A stretch of 64,000 nucleotides of DNA from Callorhinchus milii (lineage: Eukaryota). Below, in pieces: positions 1 through 13,447 of this stretch. The stretch lies in NCBI RefSeq assembly GCF_018977255.1, contig NW_024704742.1, positions 129,830,001 to 129,894,000 of the forward strand. The letters run 5' to 3'. Under the pieces are notes generated by a model, which did no database searches, had not been told where the DNA came from, and saw nothing but the letters and a program-made list of their open reading frames with translations. The position numbers were made by a program, and so were the translations under genes. How positions within the stretch are numbered: position 1 is the stretch's first letter; every line of letters starts with the position of its first letter.

Positions 1-1620
1 AAACAACCGCAGCTTAGTTCCCCTTCAAAAATATTTTGAAATGAATCACATGGTGGAAACTAAAAACAGGAAAGGATTTCTATTTTAGTTTTTCACAGCC
101 TTAATTCTTCCTTTTTAACTTAACCCAGAGGCTGTTATTCCTCAGCAAATACTGTACATATTCATCTCACTAAGTTTTGGATTCAGATGCCTGAAATTAT
201 GATAAATTGAATTTATAATAATAATCCTTGCATTTGGTATAGTGCCTTATCACATCTTCGAGGGGTCTCAAAGCGCTTCATAGAATATACTAGAAAGTGA
301 ATTGATTTTAAATTTTGTGGGTGAAATTTGAGAATTTTTCACAATTCTGCCCAAATCTCAAATATTGAAACAAATGGTCAGATAATGGTCTAAGTCTCAA
401 AAAAAGTCCCTTCCCCCACTCCAATGAGTTTGCATAGTCGAACCTCGATGTAATGAAATACTCTATAAATCTTCAATGCTCTCAAATTTTTTCTGAACCT
501 CTCCTTTTATAATAATAACCCTTGCATTTGATATAGCACCTTATCATGTAGTCCAGACGTCTCAAAGTGCTTCACAGAGTATACGGTAAAATGAATTGAC
601 TGTAAATTTTGTGAGCAAAACACAGCAGCCGATTGCACTCAGCAGTGTCCCACAAAAAGGCCTGGATTGAGTGACCAACTTATTATTTTTTTTGAAGGAA
701 TTATTACCCTCAGAAAAGTGATTCGCCAATCAACTAACAACCAGGTTGTTAACTTCTAGGCAAACAGAAACAGAGAGTACGGAAACTTACCCAATATTTC
801 ACCCTATGGGAATGAAACCCAGGCCTCTTGCTTGCCAGGCGAATGCTCTAATCACTGAGATACAGGACTCCAGCACTTTCTCAAAGCGCTTTACGGAATA
901 TATTGTAAAGTGAATTGACTTGTGTATTTTGTGGGCGAAATGCAGCAGTCAATTGTGCACAACAATGCCACGGAAACAGAGTAACCAAACTTGTATGTAA
1001 CACATCATTTTACTTGTCAGATTTGAAGCCTAATCTTCTTCCCATCCAATTCAATGCCTTTGAGTTTAAAATCAACACCTCGAAAAAATGAAAGCTAAAA
1101 TGAAGGAAGATAAGCTCTGTGATGCAGTTTTTATGTCCTTATTTTCAGCTCTTGGATGTTAAGGCAATTAAAGATATCTCAGTGGTGACACTGCCTTCAT
1201 AATTACATTATAGTACCGTATATAATGAATGTATTTGCTGAGCTGGGGAGTTCATTGAATTTTACCTTATATAACAACAACAACTTGCATTTATATAGTG
1301 CTCTTCACGTGGTGTAGGGTCCGGGAATGCTTCACAGTGACAGAGTCTGACAATGAGCCAGGAGGAGAGTGAGGTGACCATAAGCACGATCAAAAAGGAA
1401 CGTCTTCAGGCAGGATTTGAAAGTGGAGAGGGAGGGTGCAGGGCGGAGGGATTGAGGGAAAGAGTTCCAGAGTTTCAGGGCAAAGGGGCTGAAGGCACGG
1501 CCACCGATGGGGAAGAATAGGAGGCCGGAGCCAGCTGAGCAGAGGCAGCGGATGGTGGAGTGGAGGGTAAGCCGGTTGGATAAGTAGGGAGGTGCGAGGG
1601 AATGAAGGGATTTGAAAACA
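1..1620 (+). repeat. segmental duplication copy A (left end outside the window)
   Basis: Colinear with 36758-39049 across unique sequence, SINE remnants and an L2 fragment; about a dozen substitutions in the first 420 nt by eye. Confidence 0.92.
1273..1620 (-). mobile_element. L2 LINE 3' fragment
   Basis: (aac)n tail plus reverse complement of the L2 ORF2 C-terminus and 3'UTR. Confidence 0.7.
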
Positions 1621-2052
1621 GTTAATTCACTTTACAGTGTATTCTGTGAAATGCTTTGAGATGTCAAAGCATTTCACAGAATGTGATAAGGCGCTATATC
1701 AAATGCAAGGATTAGTATTATTTTTTAGTTCAAACTTACAAATACTTTTTGTACAGAGGGAGAAAACTGTGTCCATTACATCTCAAACAGCTGTGGATCC
1801 ATTCTGCTACAACTAATGCTCGATTCACAGTGATCTATCTGTATAACAGATAAGATCATAACCTGTAAATCTAGCAAGATACTTTTGCAATCTTTAGCCT
1901 TTCAAAACTTTGCAACACCACACCCAAAAGTTAGCGTCAATGATTGCAGTCACTCTCCTATGAATAATAATTCCATGCCAGATTGCTGAGAGAGTTAATA
2001 AAGTGAACCCTCACCAATGGTTTCACACGAGTTTCTCAAGGCTTGATTACAG

Positions 2053-2557
2053 GAACTCCCTTCTCATCGGCCTTCCCAACTCTTCCCTTCCCATCCTCGC
2101 CTGACTCCACTGGCTCCCCATCCCCAGAGGATCGAGTTCAAGATCCTTGTCCTCACCTTTAAGGGCATCCATGGCCTTGCCCCCTCCTACCTCTCTGACC
2201 TGCTGTCTCCCTACCAACCTGCCCACTCCCTCCGTTCATCGGGCTCCGGCCTGCTCCATGTTTCCCGCCCAACCCTCCCTACCATCGGTGGCCGGGCTTT
2301 CAGCCTCTCTGCCCCCACACTCTGGAACTCCAACCCACGATCCCTTCGCCTCACTTCTGCCCTCGCATCCTTCAAGGCCGGTTTCAATATCCTTCTCTTC
2401 GACCGTGCCTTTGGTCTCCCTCCCACCTCTCTGCCTTCCCTCATCCCTACACCATCCCTCCCCCATGCTCGGGCCCCGACACCTGACTGTTCAGCGCTTT
2501 GGGATGTCCTCCCGACATGAAAGGCGCTCTATAAATGTAATTTTGTTGTTGTTGTTG
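2053..2557 (+). mobile_element. L2 LINE 3' fragment
   Basis: L2 ORF2 C-terminus ([15 protein letters not shown]...LWN), 3' stem-loop agcgctttgggatgtcctcccgacatgaaaggcgct and (gtt)n tail. Confidence 0.9.
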
Positions 2558-5047
2558 TAAAGCGCCTTTGGTATGAAAGGCTGAACAGATGCTGAATAAG
2601 ATTATGTTTGCCTTTTTTAAAAAAAAGTTATTTTATGTATTTACATTTTAAATATTTTTACCTCTCAATTCTCATTTATTTTTGCATCTTTTACACTGAG
2701 TCAGTTGGTAGCACTCATACCTCTGGGTCATAAAGTAATGAGTTTAGGACTTGAGCTCATAGTTTAGGCTAATTCTCCAGTGCAATACTTGTGGATTATC
2801 GGTGGTGCTGTTCTTCAGATGAATCGTTAAACAGAGCTTATTGCTGCTTGTTCTAAGGTTAAAGATCCCACATAGTATTCAAAATGAAAGGAATTTCTCC
2901 CCCATATAATCTGGTTATCAATCCTCCCACATGTTTCAGTCAGAATATGTACAACAACAAAATTACATTTACACAGGGCTTTCACTTCAGAAGGACGTCC
3001 CAAGGTGCTAGACATTTAAGGGTTTGGCCGGAGCTGGGGATTGGAATCAAGATAGATGTACCGATAATCTTGAATAGAATTTAGCTTCCTTGCATTTTGT
3101 AGTGACCCTATAACTTGCAAACATCTCAAAGTCACTTCACTGATCAATTCTGTCCAGTGTAGTGACTGTGTATTTGTACTGTCTAGGTGCGATTCTATTT
3201 ATTTAGTCTTTTTTTTATTACTTTATTATTTGTAGCACTGGTGGGATAGAGTTCTACTGCTTGCCAACTAACCCATCACCCACATGAAAAAATGTTGAGG
3301 AATGTATTTTCCTGAAATAGCAGGAGTGGTGCCGAAAAAAGGTTTGTGAGCAAAGTTGGCTGATATTTAGCTGAGATGGCACAGACTAGTACGGTACTAC
3401 CTATTGCACACTTCAATCTATTTCTTATTGGCTGTGTACTTGATTTCAGCCAGTGCTGATTCAGAATCAGGTGATGGATTTATAGCCACTATCCAGTCCT
3501 TGGTGGAAGAGCCAGCCTGCCCCGTGCTAGACCACAACAGTTGCTGCATATGATCAGTAGCTGGAAGGTAAAAATAATAATAACCTTTGCATTTGATATA
3601 GCACCTTATCATGTCATCGAGACATATCAAAGCACTTCACAGGATATACTGTAAAGTGGATTGACTGTGTACTTTATGGGTGAACGTGGCAGCCATTTTG
3701 CACACAGCAGTGTCCACAAACAGTTTTTTATTTGGGGGATTGTAATCACGACACTGGGAGAAACTCCCTTCTCTTTTATCTTTAACGTCCAAGAGTACAG
3801 GCAGACAGGACCTCGGTTTAACGTCTCATCCAAAGGTCGGCACCAATGCTCTGAATACCATCCTAAGTCATGTTCATTTGTAAAATGGAAGGAGGGAATT
3901 TTCAACATGTCCTAACTTTTGTGCTTGGCTTCCTTAGCTTTGAAGGAGCAGATTAACTTATAAACATGCACTATTGGCGAGAAATAAGGATGCATTGAGT
4001 GTAATTGAATTACAGCGGTAAAACTCAGAAAGGATCCTGGAAAATAATACTGCATATACCACCTTCAATGTGAAAACAAGCTACAGGAAATTTTACATTT
4101 CCCAGGAATAATCAGAAAGAAGTGCAACATTCTTTCAGGGGCACTATTCTTGAGCTAGGAAAGAGTGTGCAGTGTTACTCCTCAGTGTTGCACAAGATAT
4201 GCCCTTGTAAATAATCTATATATGATTTTACAACTTTCATTCTGAGATTGTGAGCGCAGTTTTACAATGCTATTTACACTGAGCTATTCACCTTCAAGGT
4301 TTGCCATTTACGAATCTAGATATTTTTTAAAGTCTACTCGTCTAGATTTTTTTAAAGATTACTAGTTGTAATAAATAAAGAATAAACAACAGAACCATTT
4401 TATGGCAAAATAAAAATGATGTGAAATATATTACAAATCGTTTATTGTTAAACTAGCTGTATCCGTTGCGGTTATGATGTTGCAATAATAAATTGGTCAC
4501 TTCAATCCACGACCGTTTGTGGGACACTGCTGTGCACAATTAGCTTCCGCGTTTCACCCACAAATATGCAGTCAATTCAATTCACTGTATCAAATGCAAG
4601 GATTATTATTATTAGATGGATTGTAGATTGACAGACAGACAGACAGACAGACATAAGAAATAGGAGCAGGAGTAGCCCATTCTGCCCCTTGAGCCTGCCC
4701 TGCCATTTAATAAGATCATGGCTGATCTTCTAACCTAATTCCATTTACCCGCCATATCCCTTTAGTTTTTAAAAATCTATTGAACAAAACAAGAGTAGAG
4801 CCCAGCAGGGAATAAGCCTCATTTCATCTTTATCTATATTTATCTGGGAGGACTCCTGTGGGTGGACTTCTTTTGGCTGTGCTGTTCTTTGAGTGGGCAA
4901 CTCATTGGTGACCTGTTGCAGTCTGTTCAGCGTTGAAATGCAGCTGCACTGTTCTTTGATCTTCAGTTTCATTTAATAGGCCTTTTTTTTGTCTAAGATT
5001 TTTACTTATCTTTGAAAGGTTTGATTTTATCTTTGGCATCTTTATAA

Positions 5048-5610
5048 TCATAGAATCATAGAATTATACAACATAAAATGAGGCCATTTGGCCCATCATG
5101 TCTATGCCGGCTCTTTGAAAAGAGCTAACCAATTTATTCCCACTCCCGCGCTCTCTCCCCATATCCCTGCAAACTTGTCCTCCCCAAATAATTATCTGCT
5201 TCTCGCTTAAAAGTTGTTATCGAATCAGCTTCCACCATCCTTTCAGGCAATACATTCCAGATCCGAACAACTCGCTGTGTGAAAACATTTCTCCTCACCT
5301 CCCCTCTTTTTTTTTAACAACTATTTTAAGTCTGTGTCCTCAGGCTACCAACCCACCCACCAGTGGAAATAGTTTCTCCTTGTTCATACTATCGAATCCC
5401 CTCATAATTTTGAAAACTTCTATTAAGTCTCCTCTTAACCTTCTCTGCTCCAAAGAGAATAATCCCAGCTTCTCTAGCCTCTGCTGATAACTGAAGTCCC
5501 TCATTCCTGGTACCATCCTGGTAAATCTCCTTTGCCTTGACATCCTTCCTAAAGCTTGGTGCCCAGAACTGAACACAGTCTCTAGCTGAGGACTAACTAG
5601 TGTTTTATAA
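5048..5610 (-). mobile_element. CR1 LINE 3' fragment
   Basis: LEKLGLFSLEQRRLRGDLIEVFKIM in ORF 5340-5678; CR1 terminal (attctatg)n repeat at 5048. Confidence 0.9.
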
Positions 5611-5837
5611 AAGTCTTTTATAATGATAAATATAAATGTACAAATTATAATCACTGGGACGTCCTCCCGATTGTTCACTCACTTCATGGCTGTTTGCGGG
5701 ACAATGTTGTGTGCAACTGACTGCTGCATTTCACTCACAAAATTACACAGCCAATCCACTTTACAGTATATTCTGTGAAGTGCTTTGAGACTTCTCAACG
5801 ACACAATAAGGCTCCATATAAAATGCAAGGATTATTA

Positions 5838-6285
5838 CCGGACCAAACTCTGTAGCCACATCTCACCAGTTCTGGCCAGGCTCTACTGGCTCCCCATTAC
5901 CGAAAGGATCAACCAAGATCTTCACTCTCGTGTTCAAATCCATTCACTCCCTGGTGCCTCCCTACCTCTCCGACCTCCTCACTCCCCATTTCACCACCTG
6001 CAGCTCCACTCGACTGGCACCAGCCTCCTGCTCGTCGCTCGCACCCTCCTCTCCACCAACGCTTTCAGCCACCACGGCCCAAAACTCTGGAACACTTTCC
6101 CTCAATCCCTTCGCCTTGCTCCCAATCTCCCCTTTTTCAAGTCCCACCTGAAAACCTTCCTCTTCGACCGTGCTTACGGCCACCTTTCGCCCCGGCTTGG
6201 AGTTAAGCTTCACCACTGTGAAGCGCTCTGAGATGCTACCCTGCTTGGAAAGCACTATATAAATGCAAGTTATTGTTATTATTAT
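5838..6285 (+). mobile_element. L2 LINE 3' fragment
   Basis: HISPVLARLYWLP...PKLWNTFP...FKSHLKTFLF. Confidence 0.85.
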
Positions 6286-6678
6286 TATATTAGATAAGCC
6301 TTTTTGTATTCTAATGCTTCTATGGAGCAGGCCACAAAACTGAGGGAAATTGATATTGTACCAACATGTTGGGTCACAGAAGGTTAGTATGCATGTTCCA
6401 TACTCTCTTTGTTTGCAGCTATTATTTTGCCTTGGACAAGCTGAATCCTGTTTCAGCCAACCACCCACAAGATGATGAGTAAATAAATGATAATGGCTGA
6501 CGTTATATACTGAACCCTTACTTATGTCATAACCTTCATTTGCATAAAGCAAAGTGATTATTTACAAGATTATTTTTAATATTAAAACTCAGGTTCAAGG
6601 GTGACACAGGAATCTACCTCACTGGCCAAAGAGCGCCACCTAATTTCATGGATAACGGGCTATGATTTGTTTCCACAG

Positions 6679-6726
6679 TTCCCGAGGGCGGCTCCACCAA
6701 ATCAGATGGAGACAGTGTTAGAACAG
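6679..6726 (+). CDS. CA9: CA9-like stalk exon (48 nt, phase 1-1)
   Basis: ttgtttccacag|TTCCCGAG...AGAACAG|gtaaga; open in phase 1: (V)PEGGSTKSDGDSVRT. Confidence 0.6.
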
Positions 6727-6869
6727 GTAAGATGTCTCTTAGCACTTTCACTTCAAACAATCTGGCTTGGTGTTAACTACACCTCAATGGTGCTTTCCAA
6801 TGGTGAACAATCTGTATTGAAAAAGGTTAATCTTTTGGTATACTGGCAGTTCTTTTACCTTTAATCTAG

Positions 6870-6914
6870 TTTTGACAAAGTTAAATAGTTCACTGACAAT
6901 CCCATTGGGGCCAG
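6870..6914 (+). CDS. CA9: CA9-like stalk exon (45 nt, phase 1-1)
   Basis: tcttttacctttaatctag|TTTTG...GGGCCAG|gtaagc; (V)LTKLNSSLTIPLGP, with LNSSL resembling human CA9 VQLNSCL. Confidence 0.6.
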
Positions 6915-7801
6915 GTAAGCAGAGTCCCAGCACAGATGAAGGAGGGCTAAGGGGATTGAATCTCATGGTTTATGAGGTTACAGTAATGGAACAGGTTGCA
7001 CGGTGCGTCATAATGAACGAAAGAGAGTGGGAAGTCACATGAGGCACAGAAACTGGAGAGTGAGACTTAACAACAATTGTTAATTGCGGCAATAAACCTC
7101 GCCCAGTTAGACTTTGACTCAAGGCAGTGAACCAACATATCTGGTCATGAAAAATTGGGACATCAATTTTACAATTTCAAGAGTGATTATGGGTTTGCTG
7201 CAGTTATTTGATTGATTGAGGCTGAGAGGCGAGAGTGTGAAATTGACTACCAATTGTCAGAAGAGCCAATGTACATTATGGTGGTTGGTGTTACCTAAAT
7301 GTCAGTGTCTTAATCTGAATAAAGGCATTGCGCTTATTAAGATAAATGATTTTTACATTTAATTGGATATAATGTTCAGGGGCAATGTTTATTTGCAACA
7401 TGTGCCCCAGCCCATAGCAGATTGTCCTTCCCCTCAGATAACACGCTGCCTTTTGTTGCCAACAATCAATCACAAGCAGTGGTAGCACATCATTCTTTTG
7501 TTTTGACATTCTTCTATCATAAATTCACTTCACAGGAGGAATTCCTCTATGGTACAATTTCATTCTAGACAGTAGAATATTGAGTAGAATTGAGTAGACA
7601 GTAGAATATCGAACATATTAAGGAATCCCATTGCAAAATGCCTCAGATTAGATCCATTATTTTCCTCTGATCCTATTTACTGGGGGAAAGAGTAAGGATA
7701 AGTGTGTCTTCTTGTGGAAGATCTTCCCTTTTAAAATGGAAGTGTTCTATGGAAGTAACATTATTATTATGTAATAATATAAAATACATAATAATTTATT
7801 C

Positions 7802-8085
7802 ACAACAACAATTATTTGCATGACGCTGAATCAGGGAGAGGGGGAGGTGACCATAGGCACGGTTGAGGAGGAAAATCTTCACACAAGATCTGAAGATGGG
7901 GAAGGAAGTGGTAAGGCGAAAGGATAGAGGAAGAGTGTTCCAGTGTTTTGGGGCATAGTGGCTGAAAGCCCAGGCACCGATGGTGGAATGGAGAGTATGA
8001 GGGACATCCAGAGCCAGTCGAGCAGAGGCAGTGGTTAGTAGGTTGGGGAGGAATCATGTTGGAGAGGTAAGGAGGTGAGAGCATG
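7802..8085 (-). mobile_element. L2 LINE 3' fragment (degenerate)
   Basis: PPYLSN...AFSHYAPKHWN-type L2 C-terminus on the minus strand. Confidence 0.7.
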
Positions 8086-9229
8086 AAAATACTGTTGCTT
8101 TAGAGAAAATGCTGCTGCCTTGGGGTAATTACGACAACAACAACAAGATGTATTTATAGAGCACCTTTCACGTCGGGAGATTTGTTTGATGGTTAGCTAC
8201 AATGATAGGCTTGGAATGTAGAGAAACTGGGAAGTATTGTTTAAAGAGGGGCGTTTCCTTTTTGCCGTTAGTTTTATTGAGCAGTTACAGTTTGTTCAAA
8301 TGTATTTATTGAATTAGCTATACCTTGTTAGGAACAGGTTTACAGTTAGTCAGAATGAAACTTGGACAGCGAGACAAGTTGTGTGTTTTGATTGGACCCT
8401 AAATCTCAGGCCATGGGTTTGCTTTTGGTTCTGATGAATCATTTACACACTGAGGTAAAACCGCCTGATATCCCGATCTTCACCTGTGAATTGCAAGTTG
8501 GAAAGATTCAATATATAAAACATGAGATCAGAGTCTCAATTGTTACCCTAATGACTCACGGGACTCAGGGAGACATTTCACGGTTTAATCAACTCGAACG
8601 TTTTGCCCCCAATGATCCAGGTGGATTCGGAAGAGAGCAGGACTATACAAGTAGGACAGCAAATCTAATGTAGTTCATTTACTTATTGAGCTATTGGAAA
8701 CTGTTACAAGTCCACTCTACCAGAGAATGCATTTCAGATAAATCTGCTTGAACATCTCAAAAAATTAGTAAACAAATTGGAATTCTATAAATCTGACAAC
8801 ATTTATAGAAATGTTACATTACAATATTTAAGGGGCCACGACACACAACACTGCCCTCAAATATATTCCTCTGTTGACTAATTTCACCAGAACCTTTGAG
8901 GCAGGAACATGGGACATGTTGGGATATGAGCGGTGTTGTATCAGCCTGTAGCAACAGTTATATCAAATTAAGAATCCAAGTGCGGTGTCCTTCGTCACAC
9001 TTGTGCTATAGGCGTTTCCTCATAGTTGTTCCTCATAATGATGTTGTGCTAAAAAGGTGTTTTGCTTTCATAGGTACAATCTCACAAACAACAGCTTGTT
9101 TATTACTATTACTATTACTGATTCACCATTGGCATTATGGAGTACAATAATAACCATTGCATTATATAATAACATACAATTTCTTCAACTACATTTCTTC
9201 TGCTTCCTTCTTTTCTTTCAACTCTACAG

Positions 9230-9250
9230 AAGGGAACCAGTTTAGGTTAG
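9230..9250 (+). CDS. CA9: CA9-like 21-nt microexon (phase 1-1)
   Basis: long polypyrimidine tract ...ttctttcaactctacag|AAGGGAACCAGTTTAGGTTAG|gtaagt; (E)GNQFRL in frame with the TM exon. Confidence 0.65.
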   Translation, partial: KGTSLG

Positions 9251-9594
9251 GTAAGTAGTCAATGTGATTTTACTCTCCTATGGAAGTGCACTGAGTTTCC
9301 ACAGGCCACAATAACATCAACTGCAATGAGTTCAACTCAATACTACTGCTAAGAATCACAATTATGTTCTGACCTTTGACTGAGAGATGTATCTCAAGAT
9401 ACTTTTCATTTCCTGTCAGAATAGGGGTAACCTTTACTTAATTAGCCAATGATGGATAATTCTAAACTTTATCCAAACCTTAATGAGCTGGAAAACTGCT
9501 CTAATAAATCAAGACACTTGTGTGGAATAAATTGGAATAGTGAATCAAGTTACTCTGATTAGATTAAAAATTGTTTTGTCCTAAGAACATAAGT

Positions 9595-9905
9595 AATAAT
9601 AATCATAATAATTGCATTTGATATAGCACTTTTCATGTCTTCAAGACGTCTCAAAGCACTTCACAGAATATAATATAGAGTGAATTGACTGTATATTTGT
9701 TGGCGAAATGCAGCAGCCAATTGCACACAGCAGTGTCCCACAAACAGTCATGGATTGAGTGACCAAATTGTTATTTCATTTGTTTGAGGGATTATTATCA
9801 GGCATGTGGAGTAAGGAAACTTGCCCAATGTTTTGCTCTGCTGAGAATCAAACCCGGGTCTCTCACTTGCAAGGCGAGTTCTCTAACCACTGCACTGCAG
9901 GATCC
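9595..9905 (-). mobile_element. tRNA-derived SINE (older copy)
   Basis: Reverse complement of the SINE family consensus from head to (tta)n tail. Confidence 0.75.
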
Positions 9906-10723
9906 TTTTGGAATGCACTGAACGATTTTCAGCTCTCTTTTAACTCAAACCAGTGATCCCCAAACTTGCGGAATCAGGAATCTGCCCAATTTCATATTCG
10001 GTGCTTCAACTGAGTTAGCATTCACAATCCCTGGTAACTATATCACAATATTAACCACCTTTTGTGAACAGGGAGGGCCAAAGCTTTAGATTTCTTTGTA
10101 CAATAAAAAGGGAAGGGAAAGAAAACATGGTACCACAAATGTTGGATCAAAAGCAGTAAAAAGTTGAATGTTTCGGATCTGAGCCCTTATAAATCTAACT
10201 TGTGTTATCTCATCCAATGGCAGTCTGAAGCAGACAATGTCAATGGAGCTTGATACAATGAAAAACACCCATCCTACTGTTCCCCAATCTCCCCTCCCCC
10301 ATTACTGCATCAAGATGCTTTTTAAATACTAATAATAATCCTTGCATTTGATATAGCGCCTTATCACGTCTTCGAGACGTCTCAAAGCTCTTCACAGAAT
10401 ATACTGTAAAGTGAAATGACTGTATATTTTGTGAGCGAAAAGCAGCAGTCAATTGCACACAGTAGTGTTCCACAAACAGTCGTGGATTGAGTGACCAAAT
10501 TATTATTATTTACTATTATTCTTGTTGAAGGATAAGTGAGTCTAGTGTTCTACTACCTTTTCCCGTCTGCATAAAGAAAAACTTCCTGGCATTTGTCCTG
10601 AAATTGCCCTTTATAATTCTAAACCTATGCCTTCTTGTTCTACCGTTTTAATGCATTCCTGGCTATCTGCTACTTTAAAGCATACTGTATCTTGAGTTCT
10701 GATTGCTTGTTATATTCCTACAG

Positions 10724-10814
10724 GTGATTTGCTGGCCATTATATTTGGGATCCTATTTGGATGTACTGCATTGGCCTTTGTACTGTATGTGATTAAACAG
10801 AAAAAAAGACAGAG
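10724..10814 (+). CDS. CA9: CA9-like transmembrane exon (91 nt, phase 1-2)
   Basis: ttcctacag|GTGATTTG...ACAGAG|gtaatg; GDLLAIIFGILFGCTALAFVLYVIKQKKRQR is a hydrophobic helix followed by a basic stop-transfer segment. Confidence 0.8.
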
Positions 10815-12186
10815 GTAATGTTAAAACAATTAGAACTCCTGTCATTCATTTCAAAATAAAGTTGAACCTTTTACCATGCAGTGATGCATACATTTACGCA
10901 AATTTGTAATTAATGTATATACGAAGAGTGGTGCTACATAATTAAAGACAATACTTTTGGGTGAACACAAAATAAGTTCCAGACAAAAAGAGCTGTTCAG
11001 GAACTGTGGTCTATTGTATCCTCCTCATTTAGATGGATTTCATAACAACAAGCTCTATTTCCAATTTTCAGGCATAATAGCAATTGGGTAAATTTATATA
11101 TTCAGCAAAGCTTTGCATGGCAAAGCTTTCTTCTTCTGATCAGCTGGCAAATAGGATCTTTGATACTTGAAGTTTTCCACCTTCCCTATTCAATAATCCT
11201 GTCAGACTGTTTAGGAAAACAGGGGGAGACCATCAAGCCTGTTCCTCCACTTTATTGGATCTTGACAGATCTTTTAATCCCAATTAAAGGGATTATTCCT
11301 ACCCTTTCATAACACTGTCAAATATGTAGGATTTGCCATGTGCATCAGTCTATGAGGATTCAGTGATTTTACTATTCAATTCAAAAAAATTTCTAAATTC
11401 TAAAAAAAACTTTGATTTTGAAAGCTCCTTATCACATCAAAATGTACCAAAGTGCCTCACAGTTATTTCTGGCAAGTGTAATGCCATGACAGAAGGAAAT
11501 CATTTGGCCCATCATGACTGAAGCTAGCTGCCCACTGGAGCTATCAAGACTAATCTTTTCACATAGTCTTTCCCTTTAAATAGTTTTCCTCTGGTATTTA
11601 TCCAATTCCCTTTAAAGTATTATAGACTCATTTCAACAGCCATTTAGGGTAAAGTATCCAACATGCTAAAAAATCTCTGAACAATAAAACTATTGTTGTG
11701 ATGAGGCTCTTCTTTAATGCATTATATGGTAAATGACAGTAGCTGATTTTGCATTTCTTGTGAAAAAGAGCAAATGCAAATCCAAATGTTTCAACAACAA
11801 ATTACATTTATATAGTGCCTTTCACATTGGGAGGACATCCCAAGGTGCTGGACAATCAGGGATTTGGGCCCGAGCAGGGGGTTAGGATCAGGGAGGGTAG
11901 AGAGCAGAGAGGATAGGGGTCGGAGGGCAACCAAAGGCTCAGTCAAAGAGGAGCGTCTTGAGACGAGCCTTGAAGGAGTTATGGAAATGACTTAAATTCA
12001 CGCTTAATTTGCAACCCTTTTTTTCTGCTGTTCATAAAGAAACGGCTTCCAAATGAAGTCTGAATTTAAGGATTTTCCACAATTCTTCGTAATCTTAAAA
12101 TGTAAGACTGAGTAAGTAGTTCTACAAGCAGAACTTTGAGCCTGCGGACATTTCAATTAATAATAACATATTGGGACCTTTTACAG

Positions 12187-12247
12187 GTTGAACACAGAAA
12201 GAGGACCGAAGGTGATCTACAAACCCACCGCTACCGCAGAGGCATGA
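12187..12247 (+). CDS. CA9: CA9-like terminal coding exon (cytoplasmic tail)
   Basis: ccttttacag|G TTG AAC...GAG GCA TGA; LNTERGPKVIYKPTATAEA*. The VIYKP motif is like the CA12 (VIYKPA) and CA9 (VSYRPA) tails. Confidence 0.75.
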
Positions 12248-12404
12248 GACCCCACACACAGTTGGTTCATAGGTTTGAAAGCTGGAATGAATGTGGGTAT
12301 TTGGGCAAAAGGTATTAATTTCTACAACAATGAATTCCCTGTTCAATATCTGAGGGCATTGATAATTCAGAAGTCTGGCCCCACACAATTTGAAGCTGCC
12401 TTTC

Positions 12405-12410
12405 AATAAA
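12405..12410 (+). promoter_or_regulatory. candidate polyadenylation signal of the CA gene
   Basis: AATAAA about 160 nt after the stop, followed by GT-rich tgtttcatgttttgtc; another candidate lies at 14681-14686. Confidence 0.4.
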
Positions 12411-13113
12411 GACTGTTCTTGGCAGCACCAAGTTCAGCATTGTTTCATGTTTTGTCTCAGATCATGATTTGCAATATCTGAGGAGGATAACCATAAACAA
12501 TAGTAATTTCCCCTGAAACTATTGATTTTAATGCACTAGAGACTGATGTTAAAAAATGTAAATTGTTTGATCACTGCTAATTAACTTTGAATGAATCAGT
12601 AAATATGTATGCGCTTTAATTGCATTTCCCAGCATGCGGTGAAAATTACAACCTACGCATGTGTTAGCACTAGCTGATTAGAAATTGGCCAACACAGGCA
12701 GTAACTACAGGCACCAACTGGTGCGAGGATATGAGTGGACCTCCCACACTTCCTCCCCCTGAACTCCATCACAAGGATTGAAGGCTCACAGATTGTAAGA
12801 GTGGACTTTCAGTTGTCAGGATCCAAAATCACACGATTGGTTCAGATGAAAATGGTCCATTGGCCAATTTGATCTTTCTTCTAGAATCCACCCCTAACAT
12901 CTTCCCAGCACCGAGCTTTTGTTTAACCTGTCGTTAATTACCCTCTGGGTAATGAAATACTTCCTGGTATCTGTCCTGAAATTGCCAATTGCAACCCTAA
13001 ACCTATATCATTTTGTTCTACTACCTTGGTACATCAAAAAGAAAATCAGGAGTAAAGCCAGTATCCTGCTACCCAATGCTGCAATCTATGGCTAGAAAGT
13101 CCAATGCAGCTTT

Positions 13114-13447
13114 ATAATAATAATAACAATAATAATAATCCTTGCATTTGATATAGTGCTTTTCACGTCTTCCAGACGTCTCAAAGCGCCTCACAGAATA
13201 TATTGTAAAGTGAATTAACTGTATATTTGTGGGCGAAAACGGCAGCCAATTGCGCACAGCAGCGTCCCACGAACAGTCGTAGATTGAAAATGATCAATTT
13301 ATTATTGTTTTGTTTTGGAGGGATTATTATTAGGCTCTGTGTGGAGTAAGGAAACTTGCCCAAGGTTTCGCCCTGACCTGCCTGGAATTGAACTCAGGTC
13401 TCTCGCTTGCAAAGCGAGTGCTCTAACCACTGAGCTGCAGGACTCCA
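13114..13447 (-). mobile_element. tRNA-derived SINE, full length
   Basis: Reverse complement of the 29561-29892 family; tRNA-like head and (tta)n tail. Confidence 0.9.

Larger units (their letters stand above)
6679..12247 (+). other. CA9: 3' part of a membrane-bound alpha-carbonic anhydrase gene, CA9-like (5 exons visible; catalytic exons presumably upstream of the window)
   Basis: Spliced product: VPEGGSTKSDGDSVRT-VLTKLNSSLTIPLGP-EGNQFRL-GDLLAIIFGILFGCTALAFVLYVIKQKKRQR-LNTERGPKVIYKPTATAEA*. All junctions are GT-AG and phase-compatible. The TM segment resembles human CA9 GDILALVFGLLFAVTSVAFLV as I recall it. The gene is convergent with an APH1 gene, like CA12 and CA14. Confidence 0.75.

Noticed and set aside
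3450..3570. Possible CA exon (tgatttcag|...gaatcag|gt)
   Set aside because: Resembles an old chondrichthyan SINE body (gccactatccagt..ggaa); weak donor and no CA similarity.
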